Shown here: piece by piece, positions 1 to 9,333 of the stretch
Numbering within the stretch: position 1 is the stretch's first letter
Layout of the letters: each line of letters opens with the position of its first letter
Source of the DNA: a virus
Lineage: Duplodnaviria; Caudoviricetes
DNA length: 47,253 nt
Direction: 5' to 3' (one strand)
Virus record (IMG/VR): IMGVR_UViG_3300012952_000031
Span: 1 to 47,253 of that record
Notes under the pieces: model-generated
The model's input: the letters and a program-made list of their open reading frames with translations, nothing else
What the model was told of the DNA's origin: nothing
The model's database searches: none
Program-made: the position numbers and the translations under genes

Positions 1-327
1 ACTAGACTTGATACCAAATATACGGCTAATACCATATACGTGTTCAGGAACTAGGATATAATTATCTCTTTCTGTCCACTCAGTTGTGCTACCAGCTACC
101 GTAGTAGTCTGGTTCTGAGATGCGAATCGTGTAACATCAGCAGCAGTAACTTCGTGCTTAAGAAGCATCTTCTCAGCACCGTTGTAAGTCCACTCAGAGA
201 ACTTCTGGAAGGCATCATCAGTCAGATCATCTATCTGCTCTTGGGCTACGTTAATTTGCAGTACAGGTTCTCCTAACTGCCTCTTACAGTATGCTTGTAA
301 TTCTGCTCTCGTGCTCGGTTTTGCCAT
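1..327 (-). CDS. gp13: T4-like neck protein gp13 (5' part; runs off the window edge)
   Basis: Not in ORF track; manual translation from ATG at 327: MAKPSTRAELQAYCKRQLGEPVLQINVAQEQIDDLTDDAFQKFSEWTYNGAEKMLLKH..., the typical gp13 N-terminus. Position after the baseplate/fibre genes matches T4-like synteny. Confidence 0.9.
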   Translation of the reverse strand, partial: MAKPSTRAELQAYCKRQLGEPVLQINVAQEQIDDLTDDAFQKFSEWTYNGAEKMLLKHEVTAADVTRFASQNQTTTVAGSTTEWTERDNYILVPEHVYGISRIFGIKSS

Positions 328-352
328 TACACACATTCTTACCCTTCTTCTA

Positions 353-359
353 TATTTAG
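353..359 (-). promoter_or_regulatory. Late promoter variant CTAAATA upstream of gp13
   Basis: TATTTAG on + strand, about 25 nt upstream of the gp13 ATG, overlapping the upstream stop codon. Confidence 0.6.
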
Positions 360-772
360 ACAGATAGGAAATGTCGCTTTAATATAGAAAATGGTATAAA
401 GTAAAACTGACTTTCTGTTAGACCCATAGAAATCATCTTGGCTATACGATGCTTGCCATCCAACATTCTATACTTGTCATTATATGGATTAGACATATCT
501 GTTATAATTCCTGGATACAGTTCAGGATCCTTACGTGCCCCAAAGCAACAAGGGCAATTATCAAAGGACATATGTGGATATAAATGCTTTCCTTTCCAAG
601 CAATATCCTCAAATTGAACTACGATTAAATTCTCTTCAGTTAGATATGGTAAACAATCTTTAATAGGTATATCGACACGAGAAAATGGGAACTCCTTATG
701 GAATCCCCAATCTCCAAATACATCTTCTCTTGGCGTTCTAGTATACCAAGGATGTTCGTACCACTCGCTCAA
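356..772 (-). CDS. Hypothetical protein with ParB/sulfiredoxin-like DGxHR motif
   Basis: 138 aa, TTG start overlapping the upstream TGA; YRMLDGKHRIAK resembles the ParB/Srx motif; also NCPCC. Confidence 0.55.
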   Translation of the reverse strand: MSEWYEHPWYTRTPREDVFGDWGFHKEFPFSRVDIPIKDCLPYLTEENLIVVQFEDIAWKGKHLYPHMSFDNCPCCFGARKDPELYPGIITDMSNPYNDKYRMLDGKHRIAKMISMGLTESQFYFIPFSILKRHFLSV

Positions 773-981
773 CTCTCGTTAAGAAGTTCTCTTTCTACTT
801 CCTCATCGTCAGGAGCAGCCTGATCTTTAACAATATTTAATGCTTCAACAGCACCCTGTAATTTAAGGTAGCGTTCTTTAGCAGTGTTTAATTTCTGTTC
901 CATCTCAGCGATCTCCTTCATAAGATCTTTCATCTGAGTAGAGAAGTTAACGATTAATTCGTCGGTATTCATATTGGCCAT
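769..981 (-). CDS. Small coiled-coil protein
   Basis: 70 aa with heptad pattern (LMKEIAEMEQKLNTAKERYLKLQGAVEAL) and acidic tail. Confidence 0.7.
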   Translation of the reverse strand: MANMNTDELIVNFSTQMKDLMKEIAEMEQKLNTAKERYLKLQGAVEALNIVKDQAAPDDEEVERELLNES

Positions 982-990
982 AATCGATGA

Positions 991-1019
991 ATAAAAAAGG
1001 GGGTTGTTATAACCCCCTT
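991..1019 (-). terminator. Rho-independent terminator
   Basis: Minus strand AAGGGGGTT-ATAAC-AACCCCCTT followed by TTTTAT, downstream of the 1793-aa gene. Confidence 0.8.
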
Positions 1020-1030
1020 ATTATATGTGA

Positions 1031-1037
1031 TATTTAT
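1031..1037 (-). promoter_or_regulatory. Late promoter-like ATAAATA
   Basis: TATTTAT on + strand in the intergenic gap; 7/8 match to TATAAATA. Confidence 0.45.
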
Positions 1038-1050
1038 CAGAGTGTCAAGA

Positions 1051-4000
1051 TTATGCCTGTGACTCACTCCAAGAAATACGTCCTGTTACGGTGAATGGGT
1101 TAGAGTTGCTAACACCCGTCAAGTCAACAGGTTCTGCGGTAACCGTTAGAAGGTCAGGTCCATTCGGGAAGATACCGTCACCACCAAGGATGGAGTTACC
1201 CATCTCAATGATAGAACTAATATCGTAAGAAGTAGATCCTGTTAATCTGTTACCACTGTTGTCAGTTGTACCACCAGCAGCACGGAAGGAGAAGATCTCA
1301 AGTCCACCTGCGTAGGTGTCATCATTCGTGTGCTTAATCAGCTGAGATAGTGAAGGAGGTGCCACGTCTAAGTACGAGTCTGTACTTAATGATGGGTTCA
1401 AGATTAGTTTAACTTCGCACTCGTGTGTGTTAACAACGTCAAGAGAGTTAAGTTGTAACTGCATTCGGTTGATAATTTCACGTTCACCTAGTGTACCAGA
1501 TAGAGATGAGTCAACAGAAGGTGACAATCTAATTGATACAAGAGGTATCTGCGAAGGAACCACGTTATCAGTACCAGCAACCGCACCAACACTCATTGTT
1601 GTTCCTGAAGGAACAGCAGGGTTACCTAGTGCGGTGTTAATAATGTTTGTACCTTGGTTCCACTGGAAGGTTGTGTTACCGTTAGAGTCAACGTATAAGA
1701 AGTCAACTTCTAAGTTACCACCTGAGGATCTAGATCTGTAGATAGAACGTCCATCCACGAACCAACCATTAGCAACAGTATTTTGATAAACTGTTGAACC
1801 CTGTGTTAGAACACCTGATTGACCAGTACTGAAGAATAATCTGAGATAGAATCTCTGGTTTCTAGACCAACCTTCACCAACATCATACTGTCTCTTAACT
1901 TGAGAGTTCTGATTAGTTGAGGAACTCTGTGACACTTCGTTAGTAAACTTAAGCAAGTTACCAGACGCTGTGAAGAGGTATGCTTTGTCAGAGTCGAATC
2001 GACCATCTGTGATAACAGAAGTACCCCAGTGGAACAGACTTGGAATGTAAGTAGGAATTCCTTCGTTCTGAATCTCGTAACGAGCAGGTAAGTTACCTGA
2101 TCTGAAGTATGCTTCGGTCAAACGGTTGTTGTGCTTGAATTCGTGTACGTACTTGACGTGACCATTTTGATCTTTAAATCCAAAGCGAATCTTACCAGCA
2201 CCATACCAAGAGTAATCCATATATGCCATCTGGATCTTAGTAATATCCAGAATGAATCCAGAAGGACCAGTTCCATCACACTTATCGTGATTCCACTCAC
2301 CTTGAGGAATCTTAGTGTTAATTGTCTTAGTAAGAATAATATTTTCAGCAGTAATACCTTTGTACTGAGGCTGAATAATCATTCTTTGGTTATTCACAAC
2401 ACGAATCACTTTATGTGATTGTCCACGAATAACAACGTATTCTCCTGCTGCAACTTGAGCACTAAATGTTGTGGATGATCCAGTAACGATGTTAGATCCC
2501 TTAGCAACAGATACACGACCTGTTAACTGAGTTGTGGAACTACGGCGAACGGCGTTCAGTGTAGAACCATCGTACTCGAAGTACATACCATTTTGGAAGT
2601 CGTACATACCAGCACGTACGTTGGAGTTAACCCAATTAAGTACGTGGTAACCTAAGAATCCAGAAGCAGCAGATGTTGTAGGTGCTTGATCAAGATTAAT
2701 AGTGAAACTAAATGCATTGTATACAACTGCAACTGGGTAAGTACCATTGTATGCTTCATCAGCAGAATCAACAAACTGTATGTTTGTACCTACTTCTAGG
2801 TTGTGTGGTAGTTTGGTTGATATAAGAACACGATGAATTGTACTACCGTCAACATATGGCCAGTAGTAAGCAGATGTAGCAGGGTTCTTAGGACAGAAGT
2901 TGATAGCGAGAGAACACTGTATACCTTTACCTGACTGGTAACGGAAGTATCTACGTGTCTGTCTACAAATTTGACCGTCAGGTGACTTACTGGTTCCAAT
3001 TTCCATACCACCGTCAAACGGTCTGTGTAGGAAGTATCCATCTGGACGTACATAGATCGAAGTATCGATAAAGTACTCAGTGTTACCAGAAGAACTACCA
3101 GAACCTGTAGTGAATATAGCATTGTCAGCCATTAGGAGTTGAGTGTCATCCTTAATAGCAGAAATGGTTGTTTCTACAATTGTAAACTGACCAGCTGAGT
3201 CGTTATTTACATATCTGAAGCTATCACCAACCTTGAAGTAACGTGTGAAGGTAGTATCAGTACCAGTAGCAACACGTGAACCAGTTGTAACTGCGATAGT
3301 ACCATTACCTACAACCTGTCCATCCATATTGGTGTGGATCAGTTTCTGTGCAGGTGTCTGTGAACCACCAGAAGTTAAGTTAACTTGAGTACCAGCTTCA
3401 GCAAGTGTAGTAGTCTCTGCAAGTTTGATGTGATCTTGATCAACTACGATAACGAAGTAGTCTCTGTTATCTGTCAATCCACCAACAGTTGTACCACCAG
3501 CATCTTGATAAATTACACGTTGTCCCGTTCTCATAAAGTGATTTGGGAGGTTTATCGTATGGTTAGTCGTATCGATTGCACCACTGTTACCAACTGTCCT
3601 TGAATCGAATGTCTTCGTCGTAGGAACAACTTGGAATGGAACGTCAACAACGAGTTGAGTTTCACTCTTGACCTGAGATACATTGTAAGCACCGTCAGTC
3701 GTACCGAAAGCAGCAGTCTGGTTCTCGAAGACCTGAGTACCCGATCCAGCCGAAGTAAGATCGACTTCTGAACCTGGCCAGGAGAATCCAAGAGAAGATC
3801 CAAGTGCGAACCTATCGTTACTAACAACTCTGACATAGTATGTTTGGTTAGGAGTTAAGTTACCTATCGCAGTTCCAGACGTTGTATAGAATAAACGTTC
3901 TCCTGTTGATAAGTTATGATTCTCATAATAAAGTGTGTTTCTTTGTGGGTTCTGGAAGATACCTGTCATTCCATAAGTACCACGAGCATCAATTAGTCTA

Positions 4001-6432
4001 TATGCTGAAGACCAAGTATACTCTTTAATTCTAAATCTGTTATCATCAACTCTTTCAACATATACAGTCTTAGGTAAACTTATTGTTGAAATGCTACTAC
4101 TGCTTGAATAGTAACGAGGATCGTTACCAGCAGTCTTAGTAATAGTTACCTGATCGTTAGTTGTAGCACCGTGATCTTCAACATAGAATGTATCGTTATC
4201 ACTTGTACGATCGTTAACGAGCATTAAGAATGCGTTACCGTAATAGTTTTCACTCCATCCCCAGACCCAAGATCCTTGATGATAAACATAGTTGTACCAC
4301 CAACTATATCCATATCTGTAATGGAATCCATCGTTATATCCTAAACTATAATTGTAATGATAGTTGGATGATCTATAGTTACTTCTGTCGTATAGTGGGT
4401 TGTAATCTCCATTAGATAGAGTTGTTGGAGACTCAGGTAGGTAGTCATCATATGTCCAACCACCATTCCAACCCCAAACTGAGTTACCACCTAGGTTCCA
4501 GTTGTTATTGAACTTACCACCGTAACTGGAGTTATTAAGATTACCAGAACCATTATACTGCTTACGATCCATAGTTAGGAAGTAAGCTCTATTCCACCAT
4601 TGGTTTGACATTCCATTTCTGCCACTATATTCAGCAAAGTCATATCCTGAATACTGTGAACCTTGAGTCCAAGCAGACCATCTCCATCTCCAATACCAAT
4701 CCCACCAAGGTTTTTCGTCAGTTACATATCTGTGTACTAAAGCAAAGTTATGCTTACCATAGTTGTATGTTGGGCCAGTTCCTTGTAAAGAACTACCGCT
4801 ATTCTCAAGATTAATTATACCGTTGCTACCTGGGTTACCACCATAGTATGCACTGTTATAAGCGTTTGAAAGTTTAACTACAGCAGTACCACCATCAGAA
4901 CCAGAAGTAGATTCTACTCTAGTATAGTAAATACCATTACGCTGTAAGTTCTCAATACAGTAATCACCTGGGTTTGGATAGTAAAGTAAGCAATACCTAG
5001 AACGCATATAGTTAGCGTTACTACCTTTTAAGGTAACAGTATGGTTACTATAATCTATATCACCATCATTAATAGTCCAGAGAGCAGTTGGTTTATGATC
5101 CCAAGGCTGGAACTCCGTCATATCTGGAGTCAGAGTTGTTGACGCTGTATTAGGATAATCAATTATAGGTGTTCCATCACCAGCAGTTCCTGTTGGATTG
5201 GTAATCTGTAGAATCTTAGGTGAAATGGTGTTAACGAAGTACAATGCAGTACCGTTAGAGAAACCATTTTCATACTCAGTATCTAAAACAACTTTAGAAG
5301 TTGAAGATGCTGAGAAATTAATTTCAAAACCAACACCACTATTACCTACGGTAGCATCGTAAGCATATAGAGTAGAAGGAGTGTTATCAGTAACGTAGAT
5401 ACGAACATAAGCATCAGCAGTACCTTCAGTACCGTTTACGTATACACCGTCAGTATAAGCAACACCACCACCGTGGATACCATCAGCAGTTGTACTTACA
5501 CGGAATGGATGACTTATGTTAGATGTATCATCTAATTTGAAGATGTACATACCGTTCTTATTAACGGTAAATACAGTACTTGCTTGAGCAATTCCGTCGA
5601 TTGTAAAGTATGCTTGTCCAGCAATATCTAAAATACCAACAACATATTCAAATGTATCAGCAACAATACCTTTAGATGTCTGAAGAGCAATGGCAGACCC
5701 TTCATAAAATAGACCTGGAATAATACTTGTATAAGAACCAGCAGCATCACCAGTAACTGACTGGGTAGCACGTGCCTTATATGTAAAGGTTGTTGGTGAT
5801 GGAACTGACTGAATTAGGTATGAACCTTCAGCAGTTGTTGATGCAAGACCAGATACAACAATAGGAATACCTGGTGTAAGACTGTGCTCATATAAAGTCG
5901 TAACCGTTACAGTGTCTGAGTTGGCTGTAACCTCAACAGACTCAATAAACGGAATTGTTGTGTCTGATGTAGCAGAATAAGTAGAAGGAATGTTGTTAAC
6001 CAACTGTAGAGTTTCCCACTTAGTTGCCTGTGGCCCGTACTCAAAGTCGGTGTCAATCATCGTTTCAGGGTTTGAAACTCTGAGTTTCGACACTGGGTCA
6101 ATTAGTGTCTCAGACGGTTCAAACGTTGCTGCTTCTGATTCGATGAAAATCTGGAGAATATCACCAGAATCCATAGTGCTGGTATCAGCAGCTAAGGAGA
6201 TAACTGTTTCTTCTGCTGTCTGATTGAAATCGCAACCAGTGTCAGCAGCAGATGGAGGATTAAATCCTTTTGTAGGATCCGAGAAGTTGTAAAGAATCTC
6301 GTTATCCGTAATATTGGTAATGAGGAGTATTCTATTACCAGAAATGTTATCCTTAATAGTAACCGTACCACCTGTTAAAGTCGTTGGATCGTACGGTACA
6401 AAAGAATAATCACTGACTAGTTTCTTTGCCAT
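1051..6432 (-). CDS. Large virion structural / putative receptor-binding fibre protein
   Basis: 1793 aa, Thr/Ser/Gly-rich beta domains; N-terminal RILLITN..YNFSDP and KLRVSNP..DTDFEYG motifs; repeated HxxxTG..YYV domains; central aromatic-rich segment. Confidence 0.75.
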   Translation of the reverse strand: MAKKLVSDYSFVPYDPTTLTGGTVTIKDNISGNRILLITNITDNEILYNFSDPTKGFNPPSAADTGCDFNQTAEETVISLAADTSTMDSGDILQIFIESEAATFEPSETLIDPVSKLRVSNPETMIDTDFEYGPQATKWETLQLVNNIPSTYSATSDTTIPFIESVEVTANSDTVTVTTLYEHSLTPGIPIVVSGLASTTAEGSYLIQSVPSPTTFTYKARATQSVTGDAAGSYTSIIPGLFYEGSAIALQTSKGIVADTFEYVVGILDIAGQAYFTIDGIAQASTVFTVNKNGMYIFKLDDTSNISHPFRVSTTADGIHGGGVAYTDGVYVNGTEGTADAYVRIYVTDNTPSTLYAYDATVGNSGVGFEINFSASSTSKVVLDTEYENGFSNGTALYFVNTISPKILQITNPTGTAGDGTPIIDYPNTASTTLTPDMTEFQPWDHKPTALWTINDGDIDYSNHTVTLKGSNANYMRSRYCLLYYPNPGDYCIENLQRNGIYYTRVESTSGSDGGTAVVKLSNAYNSAYYGGNPGSNGIINLENSGSSLQGTGPTYNYGKHNFALVHRYVTDEKPWWDWYWRWRWSAWTQGSQYSGYDFAEYSGRNGMSNQWWNRAYFLTMDRKQYNGSGNLNNSSYGGKFNNNWNLGGNSVWGWNGGWTYDDYLPESPTTLSNGDYNPLYDRSNYRSSNYHYNYSLGYNDGFHYRYGYSWWYNYVYHQGSWVWGWSENYYGNAFLMLVNDRTSDNDTFYVEDHGATTNDQVTITKTAGNDPRYYSSSSSISTISLPKTVYVERVDDNRFRIKEYTWSSAYRLIDARGTYGMTGIFQNPQRNTLYYENHNLSTGERLFYTTSGTAIGNLTPNQTYYVRVVSNDRFALGSSLGFSWPGSEVDLTSAGSGTQVFENQTAAFGTTDGAYNVSQVKSETQLVVDVPFQVVPTTKTFDSRTVGNSGAIDTTNHTINLPNHFMRTGQRVIYQDAGGTTVGGLTDNRDYFVIVVDQDHIKLAETTTLAEAGTQVNLTSGGSQTPAQKLIHTNMDGQVVGNGTIAVTTGSRVATGTDTTFTRYFKVGDSFRYVNNDSAGQFTIVETTISAIKDDTQLLMADNAIFTTGSGSSSGNTEYFIDTSIYVRPDGYFLHRPFDGGMEIGTSKSPDGQICRQTRRYFRYQSGKGIQCSLAINFCPKNPATSAYYWPYVDGSTIHRVLISTKLPHNLEVGTNIQFVDSADEAYNGTYPVAVVYNAFSFTINLDQAPTTSAASGFLGYHVLNWVNSNVRAGMYDFQNGMYFEYDGSTLNAVRRSSTTQLTGRVSVAKGSNIVTGSSTTFSAQVAAGEYVVIRGQSHKVIRVVNNQRMIIQPQYKGITAENIILTKTINTKIPQGEWNHDKCDGTGPSGFILDITKIQMAYMDYSWYGAGKIRFGFKDQNGHVKYVHEFKHNNRLTEAYFRSGNLPARYEIQNEGIPTYIPSLFHWGTSVITDGRFDSDKAYLFTASGNLLKFTNEVSQSSSTNQNSQVKRQYDVGEGWSRNQRFYLRLFFSTGQSGVLTQGSTVYQNTVANGWFVDGRSIYRSRSSGGNLEVDFLYVDSNGNTTFQWNQGTNIINTALGNPAVPSGTTMSVGAVAGTDNVVPSQIPLVSIRLSPSVDSSLSGTLGEREIINRMQLQLNSLDVVNTHECEVKLILNPSLSTDSYLDVAPPSLSQLIKHTNDDTYAGGLEIFSFRAAGGTTDNSGNRLTGSTSYDISSIIEMGNSILGGDGIFPNGPDLLTVTAEPVDLTGVSNSNPFTVTGRISWSESQA

Positions 6433-6449
6433 TAGTAGTCCCTGAGTTT

Positions 6450-6457
6450 AATTTATA
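6450..6457 (-). promoter_or_regulatory. Late promoter variant TATAAATT
   Basis: AATTTATA on + strand, 17 nt upstream of the 1793-aa ATG. Confidence 0.5.
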
Positions 6458-6476
6458 CGCATATAATAAAAAATTC

Positions 6477-6704
6477 TCAACCGCCCAAGGCAATTGAGAG
6501 AGCTGCAATACTTGAAGTTATGCCCACACCACCTATCTTTAGGGTCTTAGCAGTACCTGTCAAGTTGACATCTCCACCGATGTCTAAGTCGCCAACCACG
6601 TTTCCTGTTGCGACGTTTCTTAGGTTCCTTGATCCATCAAGTACTTCTGTACCAGAAACGGACAGTCCGTTCTTGGCATTAAAATTAACGTTTGAGGTTG
6701 CCAT
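6477..6704 (-). CDS. Mini fibre/linker protein (N-terminal KNGL motif, C-terminal SIALGG)
   Basis: 75 aa; MATSNVNFNAKNGL... IAALSIALGG; has its own late promoter and a purine-rich leader. Confidence 0.75.
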   Translation of the reverse strand: MATSNVNFNAKNGLSVSGTEVLDGSRNLRNVATGNVVGDLDIGGDVNLTGTAKTLKIGGVGITSSIAALSIALGG

Positions 6705-6753
6705 CGTGGTTCCCTTTCCCCCCGATCGATATCGATATAGGTTTTACTTCAGT

Positions 6754-6761
6754 TATTTATA
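6754..6761 (-). promoter_or_regulatory. T4 late promoter TATAAATA
   Basis: Perfect consensus (TATTTATA on +), intergenic. Confidence 0.85.
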
Positions 6762-6764
6762 CAA

Positions 6765-7940
6765 TTAGACATTCATTGTCGTTCTTGTGAACTGAATAAA
6801 GGTTCCTATTGTGGCAGTTGCACTTAATTCTAGATTAACACCATTGATCGTAGCAGTGAATGTGGCCACTGCAATTCCTGGATTTGAATGAACATCAGCA
6901 AACATTGTCACGAATGCATCTGTTCCATCGTGTGTGAGAATTACTTCACTAGTTGAGACGTGTCCACCGTGTGAAGCATATACTGTATACTTAGCACCAC
7001 GTACATTTGCAACGATTAATGAGTCAAATACTTCTGTCGCAGATGTTGTGGTTAATGTTCCAGCACTAATACCTGTCTTGTCTGTGATATTAATATGATC
7101 TGTATTATTTGTTGTACCAATCTTGATTACTGAAGGAGTTGATATATCTCCTGTAGTTGATAAAGTACCAGTTACAGTAGTATTTCTCGCTAATGAAATT
7201 GCGGTATCATCAATTGTAATCTGAGGAGTAGCAGCAACACTATAATTTGCTTCAAGATGAATTGCTGTCGAAGATGATTTAATTAAAGATTGAGAAGCAC
7301 TACTATCATCAAACGTCAATACGTTATTAACTATAACATCAGTTGCTCCACACTGTACAGATCCTTGAAGATTATTATTTTGACTTCTCAATACTAATGA
7401 ATTACTGCTTCCTACAATATTGGATCTAGTAGCACCTAATCCAAACTCAATAAATCTACCAGAGTCCAGATATATGTCACCAGCTGAAACGTGTAAACGA
7501 GCAGTTGGGTTTGCAGTTCCTAATCCTATGTAATGATTGATCTTATCAACTACAAGTGTTGTGCTGTCTAGGTTAACATTACCATTTACTTCTAGGCCAC
7601 CCATAGTAAAGGTAGCACCTTGATTTAATTTGATTGGATTAACACTTCCATCTGAAGGTTCTCCAACATCTATTGTATCTCCAATAACCAATCCATAAAA
7701 ATCGATACCTGGATTGGGAGGATCAGAAAATGTTAATTGATCGTTATTGATTTGGAAAGCAACATTTGCTTCCTGCATTACACCACCAAGTGATATAAAC
7801 AACTGCAAAGGAGACCCAGGATATATTACCTGTCCACCAACACGCAGATTGAATATAGTTTGCACACCATTAAACTGTGCAGCTACATCATCCAGTTTAC
7901 GGATGTTACCTATTTTTGGTGTGACACCTAGATACGCCAT
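6765..7940 (-). CDS. Tail fibre-like protein (MAYLG N-terminus, HDG-type C-terminal domain)
   Basis: 391 aa; MAYLG..P, LDDVAAQFNG...LGGVMQE domain, IGLGTANP shaft motif; C-terminal DSL..GAKY..HDGTD domain paralogous to the 514-aa protein. Confidence 0.75.
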   Translation of the reverse strand: MAYLGVTPKIGNIRKLDDVAAQFNGVQTIFNLRVGGQVIYPGSPLQLFISLGGVMQEANVAFQINNDQLTFSDPPNPGIDFYGLVIGDTIDVGEPSDGSVNPIKLNQGATFTMGGLEVNGNVNLDSTTLVVDKINHYIGLGTANPTARLHVSAGDIYLDSGRFIEFGLGATRSNIVGSSNSLVLRSQNNNLQGSVQCGATDVIVNNVLTFDDSSASQSLIKSSSTAIHLEANYSVAATPQITIDDTAISLARNTTVTGTLSTTGDISTPSVIKIGTTNNTDHINITDKTGISAGTLTTTSATEVFDSLIVANVRGAKYTVYASHGGHVSTSEVILTHDGTDAFVTMFADVHSNPGIAVATFTATINGVNLELSATATIGTFIQFTRTTMNV

Positions 7941-7956
7941 TGCTTTTAATTAGATA

Positions 7957-8931
7957 TTATGTAATGATAAATTTACCATCAGTACCAGAAGCACCAGCAT
8001 TGCCACCATTACCAGCAACACCTCTGTTTGGATCTGCATTATTTCCTGGAACTTCATCAGTTCCACCTAGAGTTGATCCAGCAATAACTCTGGTCTGATC
8101 GATAAAGGAAGATCCTCCACCACCACCGTGACCATTTGTATCACCTGAACCACCGCCACCACCTCCGTAGTAGCCGCCTCCACCGCCACCACCAGGATAA
8201 GGAAGCAACATTCCTGCTGTACCACCCTGAAGAGAACTGCCATCTACAGCATCAGTGAAACCAGCAAAACCACCTGCGGTTTGACTACCTCCACCACCTC
8301 CTCTTTGATCGAAGAGTTGTCCTATTTGGCCATTAGAAGCACCACCAGCACCACCTATTTGGTCGGCACCAGCACCACCACCACCAGCAGCAATCAATAT
8401 TGCATTAGATTGAACAGCAGAATTGCGGAAGATTCCTGTGAATCCACCACCACATCCACCATACTCAACACCAGCATTCATTCCACCAAGAGCACCACCA
8501 CATTCACCAGCAGTAACACCAGCATTAGAACGTGGATCTCCACCTCCACCAACACATATATGTAATATATCTCCTACAAGTAGTTCATATCCACCAGCAG
8601 TATATCCACCAGCACCACCTATTCCAGCAGTTCTGGATCCACCACCACCTCCTGCACCCCACATAGTGAACTGTACAGTACGTACACCAGTAGCAGAACC
8701 TACTAATTGAATAGTATATTCTCCTAGACCTAATGTTTGAGGACCATTAGTAAGATCATAATCAGTAGGACTTCCACCAACAGGTGTTATTCTAATGATA
8801 GGTGTAACCTCAAAAGCAGATTCACGAATTCTGGAGGTATCATAAAAAGGACGCAAATGTCCTTCATCGGTCATAGGATCTAACCGACTTTCATAGTTTA
8901 ATGTTTTAAGATTACCTATACGAAAGCCCAT
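7957..8931 (-). CDS. Glycine-rich domain protein, putative fibre tip/adhesin
   Basis: 324 aa; WGAGGGGG...GGGG...AAGGGGAG...GGGGGYYGGGGG...GGGGSSFI pattern of the Gly-rich polyglycine-II domain (ALK/LTK-like, gp38-like fold). Confidence 0.75.
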   Translation of the reverse strand: MGFRIGNLKTLNYESRLDPMTDEGHLRPFYDTSRIRESAFEVTPIIRITPVGGSPTDYDLTNGPQTLGLGEYTIQLVGSATGVRTVQFTMWGAGGGGGSRTAGIGGAGGYTAGGYELLVGDILHICVGGGGDPRSNAGVTAGECGGALGGMNAGVEYGGCGGGFTGIFRNSAVQSNAILIAAGGGGAGADQIGGAGGASNGQIGQLFDQRGGGGGSQTAGGFAGFTDAVDGSSLQGGTAGMLLPYPGGGGGGGYYGGGGGGSGDTNGHGGGGGSSFIDQTRVIAGSTLGGTDEVPGNNADPNRGVAGNGGNAGASGTDGKFIIT

Positions 8932-9305
8932 TATGTTTCTACATCTCCGATGGTTATAATGGTTACTTTTTGAGACGAATCAGTTAAACCAAATATAGCA
9001 TCATTTTCATCTGTTAGAACAATAGGATAATTTAGTTCAACGTAGAATGTTTCACCAGATGCCAACTCCTGTCTAAGAAACTGTTGAGGTTTAGTAGCAG
9101 TATCTAAAGTGTCTAATGCACCTACGTTATCTTCTATAAAATACAAGTTGACAGTTTCTACTGTCGTAGCACCATTAAAGATTATGAAACCTTTAATATA
9201 AGTTTTTGTTGTGGCAGGATTTATATAAATCGCAGCAGCAGTAGATGTAGGAACAAACTGTATATTCCTATTATTGTACTTTATGTTTCCTCTTGAAAGA
9301 GCCAT
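8931..9305 (-). CDS. Small beta-sandwich virion protein (putative fibre adaptor)
   Basis: 124 aa; aligns by eye with the 214-aa protein minus its insertion; TAATG overlap with the downstream gene. Confidence 0.7.
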   Translation of the reverse strand: MALSRGNIKYNNRNIQFVPTSTAAAIYINPATTKTYIKGFIIFNGATTVETVNLYFIEDNVGALDTLDTATKPQQFLRQELASGETFYVELNYPIVLTDENDAIFGLTDSSQKVTIITIGDVET

Positions 9306-9326
9306 TGTATACTAGAGCCTCCGTGG

Positions 9327-9333
9327 TATTTAG
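9327..9333 (-). promoter_or_regulatory. Late promoter variant CTAAATA
   Basis: TATTTAG on +, overlapping the stop codon of the 455-aa gene. Confidence 0.55.

Noticed and set aside
4215-4740. Possible DGR variable region
   Set aside because: No reverse transcriptase or adenine-mismatched template repeat seen in the window; the segment is internal rather than C-terminal.
7957-8931. Collagen-like or eukaryote-derived gene
   Set aside because: Gly runs are not Gly-X-Y; the pattern fits the Gly-rich domain common in phage fibre tips.
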